A DNA stretch of 55,938 nucleotides from an uncultured Paludibacter sp. (GTDB lineage: Bacteria; Bacteroidota; Bacteroidia; Bacteroidales; Paludibacteraceae). Numbering within the stretch: position 1 is the first letter of the stretch; each line of letters begins with the position of its first letter. Positions 27,621-36,575 of the stretch are shown piece after piece. The position numbers and the translations under genes were made by a program. The stretch covers positions 1 to 55,938 of the forward strand of contig CAYNHC010000001.1 of the NCBI GenBank assembly GCA_964396705.1, given 5' to 3'. The notes under the pieces are model-generated. The model was not told the origin of the DNA. It did not search any database and saw nothing but the letters and a program-made list of their open reading frames with translations.

Positions 27621-29018
27621 ATGCTGATAAATAAAATGAAGAGATTCGTAGATAAAATGTCGAAAAACAATAATCGAATTGTAGTTGCAATGGCTATGTT
27701 ATTAGTTGTTGTAAGTTTAATTGGAATGAAAAGTCCAAACGCCGAAAAATCCAGCATCGTATTATCACCTACTAAAACGGGATTGATGACTCAGAAAATT
27801 CAGTCGGCAATTGATTCGTGTGCCAAAGTAGGAGGAGGGACTGTTGTTTTTTCAACCGGCACATATATTTCAGGAACAATTCAGTTAAAGAGTAATGTTT
27901 CATTGAAATTTGAAAAGGGAGCAATCCTTCAGGGAAGCGATAATTATGATGACTATCAAAACGATGCTCTTATCTACGGAAACGAACTTTCGGATATTTC
28001 AATTTACGGCGAAGGAATTATCGACGGCGTTAATTGCGTTAATTCCAAAGGAGAAGAAGGATTTCGGGGGCCGCATTGTATCCGGCTGATTAAGTGTAAA
28101 AACATTACTTTCAAGGATTTTACAATTAAAAACTCGGCAAACTGGGCTATTAATTGCCGCTATTGCTCCAAGGGCATTGTCGAAAAAGTTTCTATCCGTG
28201 GTGGGCACGATGGACTTCATACGCGATTCTGTGATAATTTTAAAGTTAACAAATGCGATTTCAGAACAGGCGACGATGCAATTGCAGGAAACGACAATCG
28301 GGATTTTATGATTACCGACTGCAAGATAAATACTTCGTGCAATGGTTTTCGTATAGGCTGTTTCAATCTTACCGTAAAAAATTGCCACCTTTGGGGACCG
28401 GGCGAATCGGTGCATAAAATACAAAAACGCAACAATATGTTAGCTGCTTTTGTCTATTTCTCGCCCAAAGACGAAAATCCAACGTTAATTAGCGGAAAAT
28501 GGTTGATTGAAAATGTAACCGTTGAGAATGTTGATCATTTTTTTGTGTATAACTTTAAAGATGGATTGTGGCAAACAGGACAATTGCTGAAAAATATAAG
28601 AATCGAAAATGTAACTGCAAAAGGGATTCTCGGAGCGTTCAACATTATCGGCGATCAAGACAGAAAATTCAAAATGAAGCTGAAAAATTCTTCGTTCAGT
28701 TTTCGCGAAGGCGCAGCGTATAAAGGGGATTTGTTCGAGGATGCAAAACTTCTGTCACCGGCTCTTTTCAATGCTATGAATTTTGGTGAAATTGAATTGG
28801 AAAATATAACTTTCAATAAAAAAAGTGAATCTCCTATTCTAAATTTTAATTCCGGAAAATCGTTGGGTCTTAAAAATGTAAACTTAATAACCGGAAATGA
28901 AGTGAAATCCTATTCAATTGAGAACGTGAGTATTGTTAAAACAAAAAATACACAAACAAATTCATTAATAAGTTTAAAAAATAAAAATACAAAATGGAAA
29001 AAAGAGAGTTTGAATTGA
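27621..29018 (+). CDS. GH28-like right-handed beta-helix protein
   Basis: IQSAIDSC...GGGTVVF..GTYISGTIQLKSNV, IYGEGIIDG, GHDGLH, TGDDAIA. Alternative starts at 27636 and 27657. Confidence 0.8.
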   Translation: MLINKMKRFVDKMSKNNNRIVVAMAMLLVVVSLIGMKSPNAEKSSIVLSPTKTGLMTQKIQSAIDSCAKVGGGTVVFSTGTYISGTIQLKSNVSLKFEKGAILQGSDNYDDYQNDALIYGNELSDISIYGEGIIDGVNCVNSKGEEGFRGPHCIRLIKCKNITFKDFTIKNSANWAINCRYCSKGIVEKVSIRGGHDGLHTRFCDNFKVNKCDFRTGDDAIAGNDNRDFMITDCKINTSCNGFRIGCFNLTVKNCHLWGPGESVHKIQKRNNMLAAFVYFSPKDENPTLISGKWLIENVTVENVDHFFVYNFKDGLWQTGQLLKNIRIENVTAKGILGAFNIIGDQDRKFKMKLKNSSFSFREGAAYKGDLFEDAKLLSPALFNAMNFGEIELENITFNKKSESPILNFNSGKSLGLKNVNLITGNEVKSYSIENVSIVKTKNTQTNSLISLKNKNTKWKKESLN

Positions 29019-29089
29019 AAGACTTTTTGTTCTTGGCAGCAGTAATAATGCCTTTTGTTATTCTAATAATAATTGCCACGAAGTCTTAA
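28994..29089 (+). CDS. Putative 31-aa single-TM small protein
   Basis: ATG...TAA reads MEKREFELKDFLFLAAVIMPFVILIIIATKS*, preceded by an A-rich initiation region AAAAATAAAAATACAAA; below the ORF-track size cut-off. Confidence 0.5.
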   Translation: MEKREFELKDFLFLAAVIMPFVILIIIATKS

Positions 29090-29143
29090 TAAATTGCATT
29101 TTTTGGAAATCTAAATATTTATTTGAATTAATCAAACTATAAA

Positions 29144-31399
29144 ATGAAACTTAAATCAATTGTGCTTATTTTCTCTATAGGAATATTTCTTTGTAGTTGT
29201 AACAATCAGGAATCTAACCCTTTGACCGACTACGTAAACCCTATGATTGGAACTTCGGGTCATGGACATACTTTTCCGGGAGCTACTGTGCCATTTGGAA
29301 TGGTTCAACTTAGTCCCGATACGCATAACGAAGGATGGGACTGGTGCTCAGGTTATCATTATTCCGATAGCAGCATTATGGGCTTTAGTCACACGCATTT
29401 AAGCGGAACAGGTCGTGGAGAATTGCTCGATATTTTGTTGATGCCAACAACAGGTGAAGTTAAGTTCAATCCGGGCACTCGTGAAAATCCCGACAGTGGA
29501 TACCGATCGCGTTTTTCGCATAAAAATGAAATTGCAAAAGCCGGATACTATTCGGTATTGCTCGACGATTACCAAATACAAGCCGAATTAACTGCAACGA
29601 AAAGAGCTGGTTTTCATCGCTATACTTTTAGCAAAGACGAACCGGGAAATTTAGTTATCGACTTAAATCATAGTGTTAAAACAGATTCGATATTGGATGG
29701 TCGAATTGAAATAATAAATGATACGTTGATTGTTGGTTCACACCGTTCAAAAGGTTGGGGCGAAGATGGTGAAAAATACTATGTACAGCATGAAGTGTTT
29801 TTTGCAATCAGATTGTCACAACCCCTACGCAAAGCTTCATTTCTTGTAGATGGCGACACGATTGAAAACAGCAAAAATGTGCAGGGAAAAATTGTAAAAG
29901 CAAACCTTGTTTTCGATATTCAGAAACAAAATCCTTTGCTTATTAAAGTGGGTATTTCAGCCGTTGATATAAAAGGAGCAATCAATAATGTGGATACCGA
30001 AATTCCCAATTGGGATTTTGAAAAGGTAAAACTGCAGGCTTCTAACGAATGGAATTCATTATTGAGCACATTTCAGGTGAATGATAAAAACGTGGCGAAC
30101 AAGGAAACTTTTTACACAGCTCTTTATCATGCATGTCTGGCACCTTATACGGCAAGCGATGTGGACAACAGATATATGGGATTTGATGGTAAAATACATT
30201 TGGCTAAAAACTATACACAAGTAACAGGAATTTCGTTGTGGGATACTTTCCGTGCAGCAAATCCTTTGTACACAATTATTTCTCCTTCAAAAGTTACTGA
30301 TATTATTAATTCAATGTTGGCGCAATACGACGAATATGGATTGCTCCCGATTTGGCCTTTGTGTAATAGCGAAACCAACTGTATGATTGGCTATCACTCC
30401 ATACCGGTAATTGTAGATGCTTACCTAAAAGGAATTGGTGGTTTTGATACCGAAAAAGCCTTCGAGGCAATGAAGACAAGTGCTATGCAAAATGATTTTT
30501 ATATTTCTTATTTAAAGGAATACAATTATATCCCACGCGATTTGGCTCCTGATTTTTCGGTAGCAAAAACACTGGAATATGCCTTTGATGACTATTGTAT
30601 TGCCATAATGGCAAAAAAGATGGGAAAAACAGAGGATTATGAATATTTTTCGAAACGAGCTAAAGCTTATGAAAATCTATTTGATGCTACCGTTGGTTTT
30701 ATGCGCGGTAAGGATTCGAAAGGAATTTTCAGAACTGATTTTGATCCGTATAATGCTGTCAATGCAACCAGCGATTTTATTGAAGGTAATTCGTGGCAAT
30801 ACACCTGGTTTGTTCCTCAGAATATACAATTTTTGGTAAACGGTATGGGTGGTAAAAAAGGTTTTGTAAACAAGTTGGATTCCTTGTTTTCAGTGAACTC
30901 TGAGCTTGATGAAAACACACCAAAGGATGTGAGCGGTTTAATTGGTCAGTATGCTCAAGGGAATGAACCGAGCCATCACGTAGCTTATCTTTTCAACTAT
31001 GGCGGAGTACCCTGGAAAACACAGGAGAAAGTTCATCAGATAATGACAATGTTTTATTCAAATAAGCCGGATGGACTTTGTGGAAATGAAGATATGGGAC
31101 AAATGTCGGCCTGGTATATTTTCAGCGCGTTAGGATTTTATCCGGTAAATCCGGCTGATGGTAATTATGTATTTGGAACTCCATTGTTCAAAGAAGTTTC
31201 TGTTAATTTACCAAACAAGAAAGTGTTTAAAATTACAGCCAAGGATTTATCCGATCAAAATATTTACATTCAAAAAGTATTGTTGAATGGTAAAGAAAAC
31301 GACAAAGGATATATTACGCACCAAGAATTGGTTAACGGCGGAATGCTGGAATTCCAAATGGGGAGCAAGCCTGGAAAAGTGTTTTCTTTAGATAAATAA
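29144..31399 (+). CDS. GH92 alpha-mannosidase (lipoprotein)
   Basis: Lipobox LCS/C; YVNPMIGT.GHGHTFPGATVPFGMVQLSPDT, FSHTHLSGTG, SLWDTFRA, MIGYH, TLEYAFDD, EGNSWQY, GNEPSHH, GNEDMGQMSAWY. Confidence 0.95.
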   Translation: MKLKSIVLIFSIGIFLCSCNNQESNPLTDYVNPMIGTSGHGHTFPGATVPFGMVQLSPDTHNEGWDWCSGYHYSDSSIMGFSHTHLSGTGRGELLDILLMPTTGEVKFNPGTRENPDSGYRSRFSHKNEIAKAGYYSVLLDDYQIQAELTATKRAGFHRYTFSKDEPGNLVIDLNHSVKTDSILDGRIEIINDTLIVGSHRSKGWGEDGEKYYVQHEVFFAIRLSQPLRKASFLVDGDTIENSKNVQGKIVKANLVFDIQKQNPLLIKVGISAVDIKGAINNVDTEIPNWDFEKVKLQASNEWNSLLSTFQVNDKNVANKETFYTALYHACLAPYTASDVDNRYMGFDGKIHLAKNYTQVTGISLWDTFRAANPLYTIISPSKVTDIINSMLAQYDEYGLLPIWPLCNSETNCMIGYHSIPVIVDAYLKGIGGFDTEKAFEAMKTSAMQNDFYISYLKEYNYIPRDLAPDFSVAKTLEYAFDDYCIAIMAKKMGKTEDYEYFSKRAKAYENLFDATVGFMRGKDSKGIFRTDFDPYNAVNATSDFIEGNSWQYTWFVPQNIQFLVNGMGGKKGFVNKLDSLFSVNSELDENTPKDVSGLIGQYAQGNEPSHHVAYLFNYGGVPWKTQEKVHQIMTMFYSNKPDGLCGNEDMGQMSAWYIFSALGFYPVNPADGNYVFGTPLFKEVSVNLPNKKVFKITAKDLSDQNIYIQKVLLNGKENDKGYITHQELVNGGMLEFQMGSKPGKVFSLDK

Positions 31400-31443
31400 T
31401 ACTTTTTGTACAAAATAATAATTCTCACAAAACTCAAAATATA

Positions 31444-33954
31444 ATGCATTTAAAATCAATCATTAAAATGGCGGTTATTGTTATAATCACATTGTTTTCG
31501 AATAATTTGGTTATAAGTCAGAACATTGATAGATATAGCCAACAGGCTGATTCTGTCCTTCAAAAACTAAATTTAGACGATTGTATAAACCTTATTAGTG
31601 GCAGCGATGGTATGCAGGCACCAGGTATTCCACGACTTGGCATACCCGCGCTCAAAATGACTGATGGCCCATTTGGCCCGCATTGGGGCAAAGCTCCCGC
31701 TTTTCCTGTTGGGGTTTGTTTGGCTGCAACGTGGGATACAACAGCCGTTTTTCAAGCTGCACAATTAATGGGTAAATGCACGTATGCTCAGGGTAGAAAC
31801 ACCTTACTTGGGCCTGGTGTGAATATCCACCGCGTACCAACCGGAGGTCGAAATTTCGAAAGTTACAGCGAAGATCCATGGCTTTCGTCGAGAATGGGAG
31901 TAGCTGTGGTTAAAGGACTTCAAAGCGAACATGTTGTGCCCACAGTAAAACATTTTGCATTAAACAACAATGATTGGAATCGTCATCAAAGCGATGTGGA
32001 AATTGACGAAAGAGCTTTACACGAAATATATTTACCGTCTTTTAAAGCAGCAGTAAAAGAAGCCGGAGCTTTAGGCGTAATGTCTTCATATAATAAGATC
32101 AGGGGACTACATGCTTCAGAACAGCCCTATCTTTTGAATGATATATTGAAAAGAGAATGGGGTTTTAAGGGAATTGTGGTGTCGGACTGGGGCTCTGTTT
32201 ACAGTACAGTTGGACCGGTAAAGGCAGGTTTGGATATTGAAATGGCTTTGCCAAATTTCTTTTCGAAGGATTCAATCATGAAATATCTTAATGCCGGACT
32301 TATTAACCGTGAACAAATTTATGAAAAAGCCAGAAGAAGTCTTTATGTACGATTTGCTGCCGGATTGTTCGCACCTGTTCATCCTGTTGATCGCAAAATA
32401 TTAAATTCTGAATCTACAAATAACTTTGTACGATCATTGGCTGAGGATGGAATTACTTTATTGAAAAATGAAAGTAATATCTTACCCTTTCAGCGTGATA
32501 AAATAAAATCAATAGCCGTTATTGGTCACAATGCATCGGAGTTGCGCTCAGGTGGAGGTGGCAGTTCATATACCGAACCGTTTTATAAAGTGTCGCCACT
32601 TGATGGAATTCGCAAGGCTGCCGGAAAGGATATCAATGTACAATATGCGCTTGGAGATACTTTAGTTCATACTATGATAGATCCTATCTCAGAGTCATTT
32701 TTTCTTCAACCGGATGGAAAAACTCCGGGTTTGAAAGCTGAGTATTTTAATAATGCAACACTATCGGGTAAACCTGTTTTCTCGGGTATCGATACTACCA
32801 TTAACTTTACATGGCAAGATCAGGCTCCAGCACCCGGAATGGCGCGTAAATGCTATTCGGTTCGTTGGACAGGTTTTGTAATTCCGGAATATTCGGGTTG
32901 GTACATTCTGCAATTCCAAACGAATAATGATGGAATGGCTTATATCGACAATGAACCTGCTATTAATCGCATGGGGCGCTTAGATGCGACTCCGCTTTCA
33001 ATGCGTAGGTATTTAGAAAAAGGTCGGAAATATGCACTTAGACTTGAAATTTTTGTACCGGAAACTAATGGTCGCGCAATTCTTGGTTGGATTCCACCTG
33101 TAAAAACAAACAAACATCCAGAACGAATTCAGGGAGCTGTTGAATTGGCAAAAAAATCGGATATGGCCGTAATTTGCGTTGGTTGGGATCATATGTTCGA
33201 AACTGAAGGTTACGATAAAGATGAAGGTCTCACACTACCCAGATTTCAGGAAGATTTGATTAATGCAGTTACGGCAGTTAATCCTAATACTGTGGTTGTT
33301 ATTAATAGTGGTACTCCTGTTTTTATGAAAAATTGGGAGTCGAAAGTGAAAGGATTGGTTATGGCCTATTATCCCGGACACGAAGGTGGCAATGCGCTGG
33401 CTTCTATTCTGTTTGGCAATGTGAATCCATCGGGTAAACTGCCTTTTACATTTATTGCCGATTCAACTCAAGCGCCTGCGTTTAAAAATTATACGAATGT
33501 AATGAACAAAATCAACTACGAAGAAGGCATCTACGTTGGCTATCGTTTTATCGACAAAAATAAGCTGACACCACGCTTTCCTTTTGGTTATGGTTTGTCT
33601 TATTCAACTTTCTCCATGTCTAAAGCTTCTGTCAAATCAGTAGGTAAAAACTCTTTCGACATTAAAGTTTTAGTTAAAAATACAGGCAAAGTGGCAGGCA
33701 AAGAAGTGGTACAATTATATGTCAGTGACGGGAATAACCAAATTGATATGCCGGTAAAGCAGCTTAAAGCATTTTCAAAAGTATTAGTTCAGCCAGGTGA
33801 AACCAAAGAGGTTCATCTAAAGTTATCGCCCGATGCTTTTATGTATTATAGTGTAGAACAAAAGAAATGGGTAACTGATAAAGGAAAATACAAATTACTG
33901 ATTGGTAACTCGTCGCAGAACACGCAACAAACCTTGGATATAGTTGTAAAATAA
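31444..33954 (+). CDS. GH3 beta-glucosidase with PA14 insertion and Fn3-like domain
   Basis: TDGPFG, GRNFESYSEDP, KHFA, VVSDWG (nucleophile), PA14 (GLKAEYFNN...YSVRWTG), ETEGYD, YEEGIYVGYR, FPFGYGLSY, GKEVVQLY. Confidence 0.95.
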   Translation: MHLKSIIKMAVIVIITLFSNNLVISQNIDRYSQQADSVLQKLNLDDCINLISGSDGMQAPGIPRLGIPALKMTDGPFGPHWGKAPAFPVGVCLAATWDTTAVFQAAQLMGKCTYAQGRNTLLGPGVNIHRVPTGGRNFESYSEDPWLSSRMGVAVVKGLQSEHVVPTVKHFALNNNDWNRHQSDVEIDERALHEIYLPSFKAAVKEAGALGVMSSYNKIRGLHASEQPYLLNDILKREWGFKGIVVSDWGSVYSTVGPVKAGLDIEMALPNFFSKDSIMKYLNAGLINREQIYEKARRSLYVRFAAGLFAPVHPVDRKILNSESTNNFVRSLAEDGITLLKNESNILPFQRDKIKSIAVIGHNASELRSGGGGSSYTEPFYKVSPLDGIRKAAGKDINVQYALGDTLVHTMIDPISESFFLQPDGKTPGLKAEYFNNATLSGKPVFSGIDTTINFTWQDQAPAPGMARKCYSVRWTGFVIPEYSGWYILQFQTNNDGMAYIDNEPAINRMGRLDATPLSMRRYLEKGRKYALRLEIFVPETNGRAILGWIPPVKTNKHPERIQGAVELAKKSDMAVICVGWDHMFETEGYDKDEGLTLPRFQEDLINAVTAVNPNTVVVINSGTPVFMKNWESKVKGLVMAYYPGHEGGNALASILFGNVNPSGKLPFTFIADSTQAPAFKNYTNVMNKINYEEGIYVGYRFIDKNKLTPRFPFGYGLSYSTFSMSKASVKSVGKNSFDIKVLVKNTGKVAGKEVVQLYVSDGNNQIDMPVKQLKAFSKVLVQPGETKEVHLKLSPDAFMYYSVEQKKWVTDKGKYKLLIGNSSQNTQQTLDIVVK

Positions 33955-33976
33955 GGTGATAACAAAGAAAAATATT

Positions 33977-36556
33977 ATGTCCAAAAAACTGCTGTTGCTT
34001 TTTATCGTATTTACTAATATTTTGTTTGTCAGCTCTATGTCAGATAGTCAAGAGCTAAAATTGGGTTGGCGATTTAAGCAAGCCCGTTTGACAAATTGGT
34101 ATCCGGCAACAGTTCCAGGCGTGGTTCATACCGATTTATTGGCGAATGGTATTATTGAAGATCCATTTTACAGACTTAATGAGAGAGGTTTGCAATGGAT
34201 TGACAAAGAGGATTGGATATACGAAACAAACTTTGATTTGTCGGAAGACATTTATTCGAAAAATAATATCGAAATTCTGTTTAAAGGGTTGGATACTTAT
34301 GCTGATGTTTATCTGAATAATGAGAAAATTATTTCGGCGAATAATATGTTTCGTCAGTGGACAGCTGATATAAAGAAAATTGCAAAAAGAACCGGAAATA
34401 ATTTGAAAGTTTATTTTCATTCTCCTATAAAAACTGATATTCCAAAATGGGATGCCCTCCCTATTTATTACAAAGCAAGTAACGATCAATCGGAAAATGG
34501 TGGCATTTTTGACAAAAAACTAAGCGTAGTAGCACGTAAAGCGGGTTATCACTATGGCTGGGATTGGGGCCCACGTTTTGTAACTTCCGGAATATGGAGA
34601 CCCGTTGCTATTAACGGTTGGAGTAATGTTCGTATCGAAAATATTCAGGTTATTCAGGAGAATGTTTCAGCGAAACAAGCAAAAATAAGGACGATAGTTG
34701 AAGTTGTTTCGGACAGCGATTTGGACAACGCCACTGTAAGTGTAACAGATAAAGACGCAAACAAACAACTGGGAAAAACAGTCGCAAATTTGAAAAAAGG
34801 ATTGAATAAAATTGAAGTTAATTTTACGATTAAAAATCCTGAGTTGTGGTGGAGTAATGGGCTAGGAGAGGCGCATTTATACAATTTTGAAACTTCGTTG
34901 GTTTTAAACAATAAAAAGATAGATTGTGACTTGACCAAAATTGGTCTCCGTTCAATTCGCTTTGTAAACAAAAAAGACAAGTATGGAAAATCGTTTTACT
35001 TTGAATTAAATGGCGTTCCTGTTTTTGCTAAAGGTGCGAATTATATACCGTGCGATAATTTCCTTCCTCGTGTTACAAAGGAAATTTACAAAAAAACGGT
35101 TTTAGATGCTGTTTACGTTAATATGAATATGTTGAGAGTTTGGGGTGGTGGAATTTATGAAGATGATTATTTCTACGATTTATGCGATCAATATGGAATT
35201 TTGGTGTTTCAGGATTTTATGTTTGCATGTAGTATTTATCCTGCTGAAGGGGAATTGCTTGAAAATATTCGCTTAGAAGCCATTGATAATGTCCGACGCT
35301 TACGGAATCACGCCAGCATTGCTATTTGGTGCGGAAACAATGAATGTCAGGACGCTTGGTTTGGTTGGGGTTGGAAAAAGGAATATGAAAAAATTGATCA
35401 GAAGTATGCTGATATTATTTGGAAACAGTTTCAAGATCAGTATTATAATGTTTTACCGTCTGTTGTGGCTGAATACGGTTCCGGCATAACCTATACGCCA
35501 TCTTCGCCCTTTGCCGACTATGGAGTAGCAAGCAATGATCACGAAGGCGATCGCCATTATTGGGATGTATGGCATGGACAAAAGCCAATAGCTGAATATA
35601 ACAAAGAAAAGAGCCGTTTTTTTAGCGAATATGGGTTTCAATCTTTTCCCGAATTTGAATCAGTAAAACAATATGCACCCAAAGAGTCAGACTGGAGTAT
35701 CAATTCCGAAGTAATGATGTCGCATCAACGCGGTGGCGAACACGCAAACAAGCTGATTGAAACTTATTTGTTGAATGAATATTTTACGCCCAAAGATTTT
35801 CAATCCTTTTTATATATGAATCATATTTTGCAAGGCGATGCCATTAAAACGGCAATTGAAGCACATCGCCGTGATATGGGATATTGCATGGGCACTCTTT
35901 TCTGGCAACATAACGACTGCTGGCCTGTTGCTTCGTGGTCGAGTCGCGACTATTACGGTCGTTGGAAAGCACAGCATTATTTTACCCGGGAAGCATACAG
36001 GGATATATTAGTATCGCCTATTGCCAAAAATGATTCTTTGAGTGTGTACATAGTGTCCGACAAATTAAAAAACACAAGCGGGATTCTAACCGTGAGTATT
36101 ATTAATTTAGAAGGCGGTGCTGTTATTCATACTCAAAAAAAGAAAGTCGATATTCAAGCAAACACAAGTAGTATAGTTTTTTCTCAGGAATTAAATACAC
36201 TATTAAAAGGAGTTGAAAAACGAAATGTGGTTGTAAATGCAGCGCTTTCAACAAATCAGCATGTTTATGCAAATAATTATTTTCTGCTAAAGCAAAAGGA
36301 GATAAACTATCCAAAAGCTATATTGCAAACTTCGGTTAAGCCAATAAAAGATGGCTTTGAAGTGTCGCTAACAAGTAGCAATTTTGCCCGGGGTGTTTTC
36401 ATGTCAATTGATGGTATTGATAATTTCTTTGAAAATAATTATTTCGATATTTTGCCGGGAGAAACAATCACAACAAAAGTTACAACCAAATTATCTGAAA
36501 AAGACTTTAGAACGCAGTTAAAAATCAGATCGTTGGCAGATATGAGAACAAACTAA
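33977..36556 (+). CDS. GH2 beta-mannosidase
   Basis: ATVPGVVHTDL, GLDTYA, GWDWGP, KGANYIP, RVWGGG, WCGNNE, GDRHYW, FFSEYGFQS, LFWQHND, WSSRDY. ATG 33977 preferred to GTG 33956. Confidence 0.95.
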   Translation: MSKKLLLLFIVFTNILFVSSMSDSQELKLGWRFKQARLTNWYPATVPGVVHTDLLANGIIEDPFYRLNERGLQWIDKEDWIYETNFDLSEDIYSKNNIEILFKGLDTYADVYLNNEKIISANNMFRQWTADIKKIAKRTGNNLKVYFHSPIKTDIPKWDALPIYYKASNDQSENGGIFDKKLSVVARKAGYHYGWDWGPRFVTSGIWRPVAINGWSNVRIENIQVIQENVSAKQAKIRTIVEVVSDSDLDNATVSVTDKDANKQLGKTVANLKKGLNKIEVNFTIKNPELWWSNGLGEAHLYNFETSLVLNNKKIDCDLTKIGLRSIRFVNKKDKYGKSFYFELNGVPVFAKGANYIPCDNFLPRVTKEIYKKTVLDAVYVNMNMLRVWGGGIYEDDYFYDLCDQYGILVFQDFMFACSIYPAEGELLENIRLEAIDNVRRLRNHASIAIWCGNNECQDAWFGWGWKKEYEKIDQKYADIIWKQFQDQYYNVLPSVVAEYGSGITYTPSSPFADYGVASNDHEGDRHYWDVWHGQKPIAEYNKEKSRFFSEYGFQSFPEFESVKQYAPKESDWSINSEVMMSHQRGGEHANKLIETYLLNEYFTPKDFQSFLYMNHILQGDAIKTAIEAHRRDMGYCMGTLFWQHNDCWPVASWSSRDYYGRWKAQHYFTREAYRDILVSPIAKNDSLSVYIVSDKLKNTSGILTVSIINLEGGAVIHTQKKKVDIQANTSSIVFSQELNTLLKGVEKRNVVVNAALSTNQHVYANNYFLLKQKEINYPKAILQTSVKPIKDGFEVSLTSSNFARGVFMSIDGIDNFFENNYFDILPGETITTKVTTKLSEKDFRTQLKIRSLADMRTN

Positions 36557-36575
36557 CTTCACATTAATAGAACTA

